Assembly: GCF_004010195.1 (NCBI RefSeq)
Contig: NC_057750.1
Span: 7,322,530-7,386,529, forward strand
Direction of reading: 5' to 3'
Source of the DNA: Chiloscyllium plagiosum
Lineage: Eukaryota
DNA length: 64,000 nt
In this document: piece after piece, positions 36,790 through 48,293 of the stretch
Numbering within the stretch: the first letter of the stretch is position 1
How the letters are laid out: the number at the start of each line of letters is the position of its first letter
Position numbers and translations under genes: made by a program
The notes under the pieces: model-generated
Database searches by the model: none
What the model was told of the DNA's origin: nothing
What the model saw: the letters and a program-made list of their open reading frames with translations, nothing else

Positions 36790-37309
36790 ACTACTCTAGG
36801 AAGATAGACAAACCAACACCAGCCTCCACGACCAGGCCAACATCCCCAGCATCGAGGCACTGACCTCCCTCCCCCCACCTCGATCGGACGCGAAGGGCTG
36901 GGCACGCCGTCCCCATCACTGACATGAGACTCCCCCAGCGGGTGCTCTCCTCCCAAACGGCAGGCCAGCCCCAGGTGGGACATGGGAGCACCTCAGGGAT
37001 ACCCTCAAGGCCTCACTGGGCCGAGTGCGGCCTTCCCACAGACACCTGGGAATCACTGGGCCGAGACCGTCCATAGTGGAGGAGGGGCATCCGGGAAGGC
37101 GTGGAGCACCTGGAGACTCAACGTCGGGAAGAAGTGGAAGCCGGGTGAAAGGAGCACGCTGCCTCACCAACGCCCCACCCATGACCACCTCCTGCCCCCA
37201 GTGTAACAGAGCCTGCGGTAGGCCCATCGGTCTGTACAGCCACCTGCAGACTCACCCTGAGAGTGGGAGCGAGTCGTTCTTGACTGCGAGGGACCCCTAA
37301 TGATGATGA
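36790..37309 (+). mobile_element. RTE-clade LINE 3' fragment with C-terminal C2H2 zinc finger
   Basis: 'QANIPSIEAL', 'DTLKASL', 'TDTWESL..DR..WR', 'CPQCNRACGRPIGLYSHLQTH'; (tga)n tail. Confidence 0.85.
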
Positions 37310-38915
37310 AGGTGGCTCCCATCGGCTCCCTAAAGTCTCACGATGTCTCAGCTCAGCTGCCTGGATAAATCGGAGAGTGATCACAAAGCAGGAGGAGGGC
37401 CCGTTTGGTCTCTGTGAGAGATTGCGCTATCCTGCCTCTATCTCTCGGTTCCTGCAGTTTCCCGATGATCCAACCCACTTTTGAAAGCTCCATCCAAACT
37501 TCCTCTTAATGCAGCACCTTCCAGACCTTCAACCACTTGCTGCGTTAAAAGATTTCTCCCCTTGTGGCCTGTTTTATTCTGTTCACACTCAGGGATGTGG
37601 TTGTGTCTGGCTGGGCCAGTATTCATTGCCCATCAGGGCAATTAGGAGTCTGCCATATTGCTGTGGGTCTGGAGGGCAGAAGACTGAGGGGTGACCTTGT
37701 GAAGGTCTATAAAATCATGAGGGGCATAGGTAAGGTAGGTAGCCAACAGCTTTTCCCCAGGATAAGGGAGTCTTGGAACTAGAGGGCATTGATTAAATGG
37801 GAGAGAGACCAAAGTGTTCCAGAGGGACAATTTTTGCAGACTTTCTGGAATGGTCTGCAGTTTCATAATTTAAGAAGCATCTAGACCAGTACATGGATGG
37901 GATAGGTATGGAGAGAGAGGGACCAAATACAGGTACATGGGACCAATTTAAATTGTGAACATTGGCTGGCATTGGCAAGTTGGGCCGAACGGTCTGTTTT
38001 CATGCTGTAGACTTCTATTTCCTTAAGGACATTAGTGAACCAGATGGGTTTTTCCCCTGACAATGGATTCATGGTCATCATTAGATTCTTAATTCCAGAT
38101 TTGTATTGAATTCAAATCCACCATCTGCCCTGGCGGGATTTGAACCCAGGTCCTGGGAATGTTACCCGGGTCTCTGGATTAATGCTACAGTGAGATTAAT
38201 CTACTAGGCTATCACCTGCCCTCTCTCATTGCCCCAATCACCTCATTCTGGGCCCCTCACAGTCGATCGGCTGTGGTCTCCGCACGCTCTGAAAGAAATG
38301 GGATCCCCCTTAAGCTGATCCAGACACTGAAACCTCAACGCTAGAACCCCGTGCATCCGATGTGGTCCTTGACCACCTCCTCTGCACCTTTCTCAAGCTC
38401 CATGTGAGGCGTGCAGGGGGAGCGGAGGTGGGGGGGGGTCCATTTTTGCTTTTCGTAAAGGTTCCCCATTCGTTTTGTGGCCGCGGTGAGGTCAGGAGGT
38501 CGCGTTGATGCCAGGTTGAGAATTTCCGAACTTGCTGTGCAGTGAACCGGGTGGGGGTGGGGGGTATATGGGTGTGGGCTGGGATGCGGGTTGTGGAGTT
38601 TTGGATAAGTGGTTCAAGTTTGAACGGGAAGTCGAGAGCTGGAGATCAGCCAGCAGTGTACTTGGGAGAGTCTGACGCTGACAGCGGGAGGGCTGGGGGT
38701 GAGAGCAGCACCATTGCTGAGTCAGAGCCATGGGAAATCGCAAGGTTGGAAGGAGGCAGTGTTGGTGAGAGGTGGGTCAACCGGAGAGGGGGGGGGGTGG
38801 GGTGCGGATTGGAATAGTCGGCTGAAAGCCGCACGAGCCCAAGCAGTAGTGATTCAGTTGACTCTGTGTTGCAGCTCCATTAGAATTCCAAAGCATGCAA
38901 TTCTCCCTCTCCATG

Positions 38916-39132
38916 TTAAAAATCACACAACACCAGGTTATACTCTGACAGGTTTAATTGGAAGCACTAGTTTCAGAGCGCTGCTCCTTCACCAGATAGT
39001 TGTGGCACCACCTGATGAAGGAGCAGCTCTCCGAAAGCTAGTGCTTCCAAATAAACCTGTTGGACTATAACCTGGTGTTGTGTGATTTTTAATTTTGTAC
39101 AGCTCAGTCCAACACCAGCATCTCCAAATCAT
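38916..39132 (+). mobile_element. Fold-back PLE terminal element with intact hammerhead
   Basis: ~80-bp arms 38916-38995 / 39012-39092; cac-CTGATGA-a-GGAG-cagct-CTCC-GAAA-gc-TA-gtg. Confidence 0.9.
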
Positions 39133-40714
39133 GACTTTGCAAACTTTCCTTACCTCTGATGCACTTCACCTGTTCAACTGCTTCTACAATTCATAGAATA
39201 AAATCCCTACAGTGGGGAAACAGGCCCTTCGGCCCAACAAGTCCACACTGGCCCTCCGAAGAATATCCCGCCCACACCCATTCCCCTAACCTATTACTGT
39301 ACACTTCCCATGACTAATGCACCCAACCTCCACATCCGTGAACATTATGAGACAATTTCCCATTACTAATCCCACCCATCTTTGGGCTGGGGGAGGAAAC
39401 CCACGCAGACACGGGGAGAATGTGCAAACTCCACACTGACAATTGCTGGAGGCTGGAATCGAACCTGGGTCCTTGGCGTTGTGAGGCAGCAGTGCTAACC
39501 ATTGAGCCACCGTGCCACCCCTCTCCAAATACTTTCACCGATGGCTGCCCCTTCAGTCATCCAAGCCCTCTGACTGTTCTCCTGCATGGTTACTCAGTGG
39601 TTAGTGCTGCTGCCTCACAGCGCCAGGGACCCTGGTTCGATTGCACCCTCGTGGAGTTTGCACATTCTCCCCGTGTGTGTGTGTTGGTTTCCTCCCTGTT
39701 GTGATTGGAACCAAGTGGATTCCATTGACTGGGCCCAATCAAGGATCTCACAATCAGAGAGCCATGCCTGACCAACATAAACAGGGAATCACTACACCTA
39801 CATGCACACGACATGGGTGCTGGGGAGACATATGCTGTTGTTTGGCAATAGTGTGGACGATTAATTTTTAAAACAATTATATATAACCAGGAGATCAGAA
39901 TCTCCTCTGTTGAGGACTGACTCTAAGCTGGCTGGCCAAGAAAACATTATAAACTGGGGATCGATTCTCTCAGGGAGACCCAGTTGCTATGGTAATGCAG
40001 ACCTTAACCCTGCCGGTTGTAGCCTGGAGCTACAAATACTGTTAATATAGGCTGCAGGTTCTTTGCAGAAGTCTCGCCTAGAGTCGTACAGCATGGAAAC
40101 AGATCCTTCGGCTCAACTTGTCCATGCCAACCAGCTGTCCCAAACTGAGCTAGTCCTGTTTGTCTGTGTTTGGCCCATATCCCTCCAGGCCTTTCCAAAA
40201 CACACATCAACAAGGGATTTAGAATCTCCTGAGTCCTGGGAACTGACTCTGAGCTGGCTAGCCACAGCCAGTGTACCGTGCAAGCAAGTAAATAAGGGGT
40301 GACTTGGTCATGCAATCCTGGCCTCTCTGGAGTTATTTCACTACCACAGTCCAAAGATGTGCAGCTTAGGGTGGATTGGCCATGCTAAAGTGCCCCATAG
40401 TCTCCGAGGCTAGACTGGTTCACCATGGGAAACGCAGGGATAGGGTGGGTTTGGGTGGGCTGCTCTTTGGAGGATTGTTGTGGACTTGATGGGCCTGTTT
40501 CCACACTTTAGGGGATCTGTGATTCCAAACTTCTCTCTGTCGCTTTATTCCACAAAATTCCTTAAAGCTAGCAACAGCGGACCAATCAGCTGACATCTCC
40601 TATGGCTGAGCATTGATCTTTCCTAAAATACACATACAAGGAGCAGCCAGAGGCATGTCACCCTCACCGAAGGGTGTGTGTAAGTACATGAGCTCTTGCA
40701 ATATTTGTCTGCTA

Positions 40715-41045
40715 CGCAAGTGCCAGGCAATGACCATCTCCAACAAGAGAGAACATAACCAACACCCCCTTGATGTAAAATAACAATATCTTTGCTGAGC
40801 CCCTCACTACCAACAATCCTGGGGCTCACCATTGACCAGAAACTGAAGTGGACCAGCCAAAACAATATTGTGGGTGCTGGAGCAGGGCAGAGGCTGGGAA
40901 TCCTGCAGTGAGTAACTCACCTCCTGACTCCCTACCCCACCATCTACAAGATACAAGTCAGGAGGGTGATGGAATACTCCCCACTTGCCCCTGGATGGGG
41001 ACAGCTCCAACAACACTCAAGAAGCTCGACACCATCCAGGATAAA
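40715..41045 (+). mobile_element. Divergent CR1/L2-group LINE RT fragment (not HER1)
   Basis: 'KCQAMTISNKRE', 'ILGLTIDQKLKWT', 'IYKIQVRRVMEYSPLA', 'TTLKKLDTIQDK'. Confidence 0.75.
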
Positions 41046-41137
41046 TGGGAATGGGTTTGATTCGATTTTGATTTTATTGTCACGTGTATTTTCCAGTAAA
41101 AATACAGTGAAATGTCCACGAAACACTGCTATTTCGA

Positions 41138-41600
41138 ATAGAGTCATGGAGATGTACAGTGTGGAAACAGACCCTTCGATCCGACTCGTCCATGCCGACC
41201 AGAAATCCAAAATTAATCTCGTCTCCTTTGCCAGTACTTGGCCCTAAACCCTTCCTATTCATATACCCATCCAGATGCCTTTTAAATGTTGTCATTGTAC
41301 CAGCCTCCACCACTTCCTCTGGCAGCTCGTTCCACACACGCACCACCCTCTGTGTGAAAAAGTTGCCCCTTAGGTCCCTTTTATATCTTACACCCTCACC
41401 CTAAACCTATGCCCTCTAGTTCTGGATTCCCCCACCCCAGGGAAAAAAATCTTGTCTGTTCACCCTACCCATGCCCCTCGAGATTTGGCAAACCTCTATA
41501 AGGTCGCCCCTCAGCCTCCGACGCTCCAGGGAAAACAGCCTCAGCCTGTTCAGCCTCTCCCTGTAGCTTAAACCCGGCAACAGCCTTGTAAATCTTTTCT
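41138..41600 (-). mobile_element. HER1 LINE 3' fragment
   Basis: In-window similarity. Confidence 0.9.
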
Positions 41601-42279
41601 AAAGTTTAAGGGAAGGAAAGAAAGATACGAGTACATTGGGAATGAACGAGGAAAGGTTTCATTTGTTTAAATTCTGTGAATCGGGAATAAATAAAAAAGC
41701 TTTGATGCTCTGAGTTTTGTTCTGAAGTGTATGATTTGCACATCCCTCCTTGTCATTGGTCTCAAGAGTGTCAGACGAGAGGCTGTTTCGCCTGTCTCCC
41801 TGCTAACTCTTCAGCTGAAGCTGTCTTACGCACACACTGCACTTTCAATTTGTTTGCTGTTCCTTTGCCAAGTCAGTAATGCGATCCTATTTGGTTATCA
41901 GATCTGTAATCTGTTGTGGTGCAAGGAAGTTCACACTGCGGGAACAATCTGCTACAGAGCACTTGTGATACCTCATTTAGTGTTTGCAACCAGCATTAAA
42001 CATAATAATATCACTTCTGGTGGGACGCGTATCGCAGAATTGGATGGTAGAACTGTAGATGCACAGGCAGAGTCCATCATGTCTTCCCACACTCTCCTGC
42101 CTTTTCCCCAGAGCACTGCAAAATGATTTTCTCTCCACTTACTAATCCAATTCTCGATTAGATGTACTTTCACCGCTGTTTCAGGCATACCCCCTCTGGT
42201 GACAGGATCTGCTCCTTCCAATCTCCTCTCGAGCGTCTAAGGCGAGAATGAACTAATTTGGTGTTACAAAGGCAAAAAG

Positions 42280-42640
42280 AAAAAGCAAAATACTGCGGAT
42301 GCTGGGAGTCTGAAATAAGAAGGGAGAGATTGTTGGAATCTCTCAACAGGTCAGGCAGTATCTAAAGGGCAGGAGAAAGTGAGGTCTGGTGATCCGAATC
42401 TAAGAGTGTGAGGCTGGAAAAGCACAGCAGGTCAGGCAGTATCTAAAGAGCAGGAGAGTTGACATTCCGAGTATCCGCTCTTCATTGCCCCTCATTCCTG
42501 ATGAAGAGCTTACGCTCCAAACGTTGACTCTCCTGCGCCTCGGATGCTGCCTGACCTGGTGTGCTTTTCCAGCCCCACACTCTACAGAGGGAGAAACGGG
42601 GCTAATGCTTCCAGTCCATGATCTGCCACCGACACTGAGG
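42280..42640. mobile_element. Fold-back PLE terminal element (42400-42583) nested in another PLE terminus
   Basis: agagtgtgaggctggaaaagcac ... gtgcttttccagccccacactct; CTGATGA-a-GAGC-ttac-GCTC-caaa. Confidence 0.8.
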
Positions 42641-42649
42641 AAAGATGTT

Positions 42650-44070
42650 TGGAGCAAGTGGAGTTTGATTTAGATAAACGTGAGGTGCTGCAATTTGGAA
42701 AGGCAAACCAGGGCAGGACTTAACGATAAGGTCCTGGGGAGTGTTGCTGAATATGTGGGCGGCACGGTGGCACGGTGGTTAGTACTGCTGCCTCACAGCG
42801 CCAGAGACCCGGGTTCAATTCCCGACTTGGGCGACTGACTGTGTGGAGTTTACACACTCTCCACGTGTCTGTGTGGGTTTCCTCCAGGTGCTCCGGTTTC
42901 CTCCCACAGTCCAAAGATGCGCAGGTCAGGTGAATTGGCCATGCTAAATTGCCCGTAGTGTTAGGTAAAAAGGGGCACATGTAGGGGTATGGGTGGGTTG
43001 TGCTTCGGCGGGTCGGTGTGGACTTGTTGGGCTGAAGGGCCTGTTTCCACACTGTATGTAATCTAATATAGAGACCGTGGAGTGCAGGTTCATAGCTCCT
43101 TGAAAGTGGAGTCGCAGGTAGGCAGGATAGTGAAGAAGGCATTTGGTATGCTTTCCTTTATTGGTCAGTGTATTGAGTACTGGAATTGGGAGGTCATGTT
43201 GCGGCTGTACAGGACATTGGTTAGGCCACTTTTGGAATATTGTGTACAGTTCTGGTCTCTCTGCTATAGGAAAGCTGTTGTGGAACTTGAAAGGGTTCAG
43301 AAAACATTTACAAGGATATTGCCAGAGTTGGAGGGTTTTGAGCAAAAGGGAAATGCTGAATAGACTGGGGCTGTTTTCCTTGGAGCGTCGGAGACTGAGG
43401 GGTGAGCTTATAAAATCATGAGGGGCTTGGATATGGTAAATAGATGAGGTCTTTTCCCTGAGGTGGGGGAGTCCAAACTAGAGGGCATAGGTTTAGGGTG
43501 AGAGGGGGAAGTTTTAAAAGCGACCTAAAGGGAAACCTTTTCACACAGAACATAGAACATTACAGTGCAGTACAGGCCCTTCGGCCCTCGATGTTGCGCT
43601 GACCTGTGGAACCAATCTGAAGCCCATCTAACCTACATTATTCCATTCTCATCCATATGCCTATCCAATGACCATTTAAATGCCATTAAAGTTGGCGAGT
43701 CTACAACTGTTGCAGGCAGGGTGTTCCACAGCCCCTACTACTCTCTGAGTAAAGAATCTACCTCTGACATCTGTCCTATATCTATCACCCCTCAGTTTAA
43801 AGCTATGTCCCCTTGTGCTCGCCATGACCATTTAAGGAAAAAGGCTCTCACTGTCCATCCTACTGTCCTGAGGATGGTGCGTGTATGGAATAAGCTGCCA
43901 GAGGAAGTGGTGGAGGTTGGTATATTTAAAAGGCATCTGGATGGGTATATGAATAGGAAGGGTTAGGGGCAAATGCTGGCAAATCGGACTAAATTGGTTT
44001 GGGATATCTGGTCAGCTTGGACAAGTTGGATGGAAGGGCCTGTTTCTGTGCTGTACAGCTTTATGACTCT
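42650..44070 (+). mobile_element. HER1 LINE with nested HE1 SINE (42757-43066) and an antisense CR1 tail (43548-43862)
   Basis: LINE sequence resumes after each insert; 'VQVHSSLKVESQV...LEYCVQFWS'. Confidence 0.85.
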
Positions 44071-45129
44071 CAGGAAGATTGAGGATGGGAGAGATATTTC
44101 TGCTGGTAGTGGGAGGAAGAACAAACAGGAATATTCCTGTAAGCTGCAGGCCTGCTGTGATTGGGAAGCCAATGGTCTAGTGGTTTTATTGCTCGACTGT
44201 GAATGTAGGGAACCAGGGGATGTCCTGGAGACATGGGTTCAGATCCCAATGTGGCGCGTGGTGGAATTTGAATTAAATTAAAAGAAAACCACCTGAAATG
44301 TAGAGGCTAATGGAACCACTATTCTGAAAGCTCATCTCATTCTCTCGTGTCTTTTAGGGAAGGAAATTTCCATCCTTACCTGGTCTATATGTGACTCCAG
44401 GCCCACAGCAATGGAGTTGACTCTTAACTGGGGCAATTAGAGATGGGTAATAAATGTGGGGCTGGCCAGTGAATGAATATCTTTTATAAAAATCTAAAGG
44501 TCAGGTACAAGATAAGAAGAGTATAGACCCAGCAGGATTTGAGAGAAGGGGGAGGTGGCTTTCAAAATGTACCCTCAGAGTCGGTCTTTTGACCCTTGAG
44601 TATCAAATTCCCTGAGCAGAAAGAGGCCACTTTGCCCAACTAGTCTGCTCCAACCCTCCGAAAATCATCCCATCCAGATACAAACCCTACTCTATACCTA
44701 TAATTCTGCATTTGCCTGGCTAATCCATCTAACCTGTACCTCCCCGGACTTAGACGATGTGGTTGACTCTTAACTCTCCTCTGGGTTTTTAGGGATGGAC
44801 AATACATCTGGCCTAGCTAGTGAATGAATATCTTTTAAAACTTTGGGGCAATTTAGCATGGGAAATCCACTTAACCTACACTTACAGCACAGAAGCAGAC
44901 TCTTCAGAACAAATCATTCACTTCAACTAGCCATCCCAATTTGACCTAGTCCCATATCCTCCTAAACCAGTCCTATTCATGTATCCATTTTTGGGAGGAA
45001 ACTCACACAGACATGGGGAGAACATGCAAACTATATACACACACACACACACACACACACAGTCTCTCTGGAATCGAACCCGGGTTCATGGGGCTATGAG
45101 GCAGCAGCGGTAACCAACTGAGCTATTCA

Positions 45130-45270
45130 GGGGCTTGGGCATCGCTGGCTGGGCCAACATTGAAAGCCCGTCCCTAACTGCCCCCTTAAGAAGGTGGGGG
45201 TGAGCTGCCTTCTTGAACCGCTGCAGTCCACTTGCTGTGGGTTGACCCACAATGCCCTGAGGGAGGGAAT
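45130..45270 (-). mobile_element. 3' end of a divergent CR1/L2-group LINE
   Basis: 'SLPQGIVGQPTASGLQRFKKAAHPHLLKG' followed by a tail shared with SINE family 2. Confidence 0.65.
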
Positions 45271-46374
45271 CTCTGGAGAAACTTAGTAGCATTTATGGAG
45301 AGAAAAACTGAGGTAACGATTCAAGTCCCTTTGCCAGAATCTCGGGATGGTGAGGTTACCGGGGATACACAGGAAGGTAGAGCTGAGGGTGGTGGGTAAA
45401 ATGAGTGCAGCCTTGATGGTGGAGTATCATGAAGGGCCAAATGGCCTGGTGTTATTCCTGACTCTGTGGGTTCACACAGAGTGTCGCCTTGGGTCCCCTT
45501 CTCTCTCTCTCTCTCTCTCTTTCCCTCGTTTAATTTGCACAGCGATGAAGCCCCTTTAAGGCTGTCTCCATTCTGGTAACTAGTGAAGCGAGGCAAGACC
45601 AAGCTGTTAATCTGAAGCATTAATAACCAGGCACCTGGGCCAGACAGGAGAGGTGGAATGCGACAAGGCAGCCCCAGATAAACCAATGAGACTGTTCACT
45701 GTGAAACGTCTGGAGCATCACAATTTGTATCAGTCCGGATCAGCCATAGAGAAATAAAGGATTGCAGCGCAGTAGACCACGTGTGGTCATGGACTATGCG
45801 ACTGTATTGCCTTCCTGTAGACGCAGCAGCATCTAGGACCCAGACGGCATTTGTGTGAGCATTCACTTGATTTTATTCTCCTTCGTTGCATTCTGATACT
45901 TAATTGAAATCTGATCCGTGCTTTCACTGTCCCGTTCCCTGATTTCTCAAGTCATGGTGGAAGGGAGGGGGTCGGCCTTTAACAGTGAGGTGGGGGGGGG
46001 GGGGTGGGAAACGAGTGCTTGTTTCTCTAGCCACGTGAGGATCACAAATCTCTCTGTACTTACCGGACACTGAGTGACCCAAACACTATGGTCAGCCACC
46101 ACGGGCTGAAGGGAGACTACAGTCAGGCCTCCTCAAGGTGACCTGGACCCCAGGAATTGATACTGTCTCCGAGATTACTCTTAAATGGGTTGTGTTGGAG
46201 TTATGTGCACAAGTGGAATTATGTAAAAGATGACTTTTGTTTATGACTTGATGAGGACAATGACCAACAGGAGCAGAAGCAGTCCTTTGAGCTTGGTCTG
46301 CCATTCAATACACTTACAGCTCATCTTAGCCCACCCCTCCGCCCACTCCCGCCCCCGCCACAATCCCAGCCACA

Positions 46375-47730
46375 CTGTGACCAGCGATGTGCCACAGGAT
46401 CGGTGCTGGGTCCACTATACTTTGTCATTTGTATAAAAGATTTGAACATAGGAGGTATAGTCAGTAACTGTGCGGATGACACCAAAATTGGAGGTGTAGT
46501 GTACAGCGAGGAAGGTCACCTCTGAGTACAATGGGACCTTGATCAGATGGGCGAATGGGCTGAGGAGTGGCAGATGCAGTTCATTTTAGATAAATGCGAG
46601 GTGCTGCATTTTGGGAAAGCAAATCAGGGCAGGACTTGCACACTTAATGGTAAGGTCCTGGGGAGTGTTGCTGAACAAAGACACCTTGGAGTGCAGGTTC
46701 ATAGCTCCTTGAAAGTGGAGTCACAGGTAGATAGGATAGTGAAGGCGGCGTTTGGTATGCTTTCTTTTATTGGTCAGAGCATTGAGTGTAGGTGTTGGGA
46801 GGTCATGTGGGTCTACAGGACATTGGTTAAGCCACTTTTGGAATACTACGTTCAATTCTGGTCTCCCTGTTATGGGATGAATGTTGTGAATCGCGAAAGG
46901 GTTCAGAAAAGATTTACAAGGATGTTGCCAGGGTTGGAGGGTTTGAGCTACAGGGAGAGGCTGAACAGGCTGGGGCTGTTTTCCCTGGAGTGTCAGAGGC
47001 TGTGGGGTGACCTTATAGAGGTTTATAAAATCATGAGGGGCGTCAATAGGGTGAATAGCCATGATTTTTCTCCCCAGGGTAGGGAGTCCAAAGCTAGAGG
47101 ACATTGGTTTAGGGTGAGAGGGGAAAGGTTTAAAAGGGAACCAAGGGGCAACTTTTTCACATAGAGGATGGTGCATGTATGGAATGAACTGCGAGAGGAA
47201 GTAGTGGAGGCTGGTATAATTACAACATTTAAAAGGCACCCGGTTGGGTATGTGAAGAGGAAAGGTTTAGGGCAGGGGTGGGGAACCTGCGGCCCTCTAG
47301 GCCATTGTGTGTGGCCTTTTGAATGAATCCAAATTTTGCAGAACAAATCTTTTATTTTTTATTAATATGTTTTTTATCGTCCTTTATTATTTTTATTTTA
47401 ATCTTAAAATGAATGTATTTAAAATATGAGAGAGTTAAGTTTAGAATTAACATATTTTTAATTTTTTTTTAGTTAGTTGGTACATAGTAGTTCGATTTTT
47501 ACAAAATAATGTGAATTTTGAAGAATATATAATTGAAGTTTCTTGGATGCGGCCTTATTAGATTACAACTAACATAATGCAGCTTTCCAACATGAAAAGG
47601 TTCCTCACCTGTGGTTTAGAGGGATATGGACCAAATGCTGGCAAATGGGGTTAGATTAATTTGGGATAACTGGTCGGCATGGATGAGTTGGACTGAAGGA
47701 TGCTGTACCTCTGTATGACTGTATGATTCA
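46375..47730 (+). mobile_element. HER1 LINE, RT (VPQ / ADD region) to 3' end, frameshifted
   Basis: 205-aa frame 'MGEWAEEWQMQFILDKCEVLHFG...RGNFFT'. Confidence 0.95.
47273..47613. mobile_element. Non-autonomous hAT (Charlie-like) MITE
   Basis: TIR CAGGGGTGGGGAACC / GGTTCCTCACCTGTG; 8-bp TSD gtttaggg (47265-72) / gtttagag (47614-21); AT-rich interior. Confidence 0.9.
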
Positions 47731-48083
47731 CTGTTGGCTCACTCCCATATCCCTTGGTTTATTAATATCCTTTTGGGAAGGAAACTGCCATCCTTACCTG
47801 GTCTGGCCTACGGGCAATGGGGTTGACTCTTAACTGTGGTCAGTTAGGAAGGGGCAATGAATGCTGACCTTGCCAGAGATATCCCATGAGTAAATTTTAA
47901 AAGCTCCCCAAAAGACTCAAAGGCCTGTCCGCCCCTAAATATATTCAATAATGGAACTCCCACAATCCTCTGGGGCAGAGATTTCCAAAGATTGTCCATC
48001 CTCTGAAATTTTTCCTCAACTCAGTCCTGAAAGGTCAGCCCCTTTATCCTGAGACAATGCCCCCTGTGCTTGATTCCCCAGCC

Positions 48084-48293
48084 TGTAGTGACTGTAACGA
48101 AGTCCGTCAGGTGGACCTCATGGATTATGAGCTCTCTAACTGGAGCTGTTAACCTGGTCCAATCTGGGTGCCCTGGCTGACAGGAGTGTCAGGAGGTTCT
48201 GATCACTCTGAGAGCTGGCTCTGAGGGAGCTGGGTCAGTGTCAGAGACTTTCCACGTGTAAATAAAGGGGGACAAGGTACCGGCGTTATTTCA
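48084..48293 (+). mobile_element. Solo LTR (Gypsy-like); related end at ~40215-40340
   Basis: TGT...TCA ends, AATAAA at ~48261, shared 'gtaaataa.ggg...gttatttca' terminus; no clean TSD. Confidence 0.55.

Noticed and set aside
37190..37260. C2H2 zinc-finger gene exon
   Set aside because: A single finger at the end of a decayed RTE LINE ORF, followed by a (tga)n tail
46547..47164. 205-aa ORF as a host gene or active RT
   Set aside because: 5'-truncated LINE ORF2 with frameshift and stops in the RT core upstream
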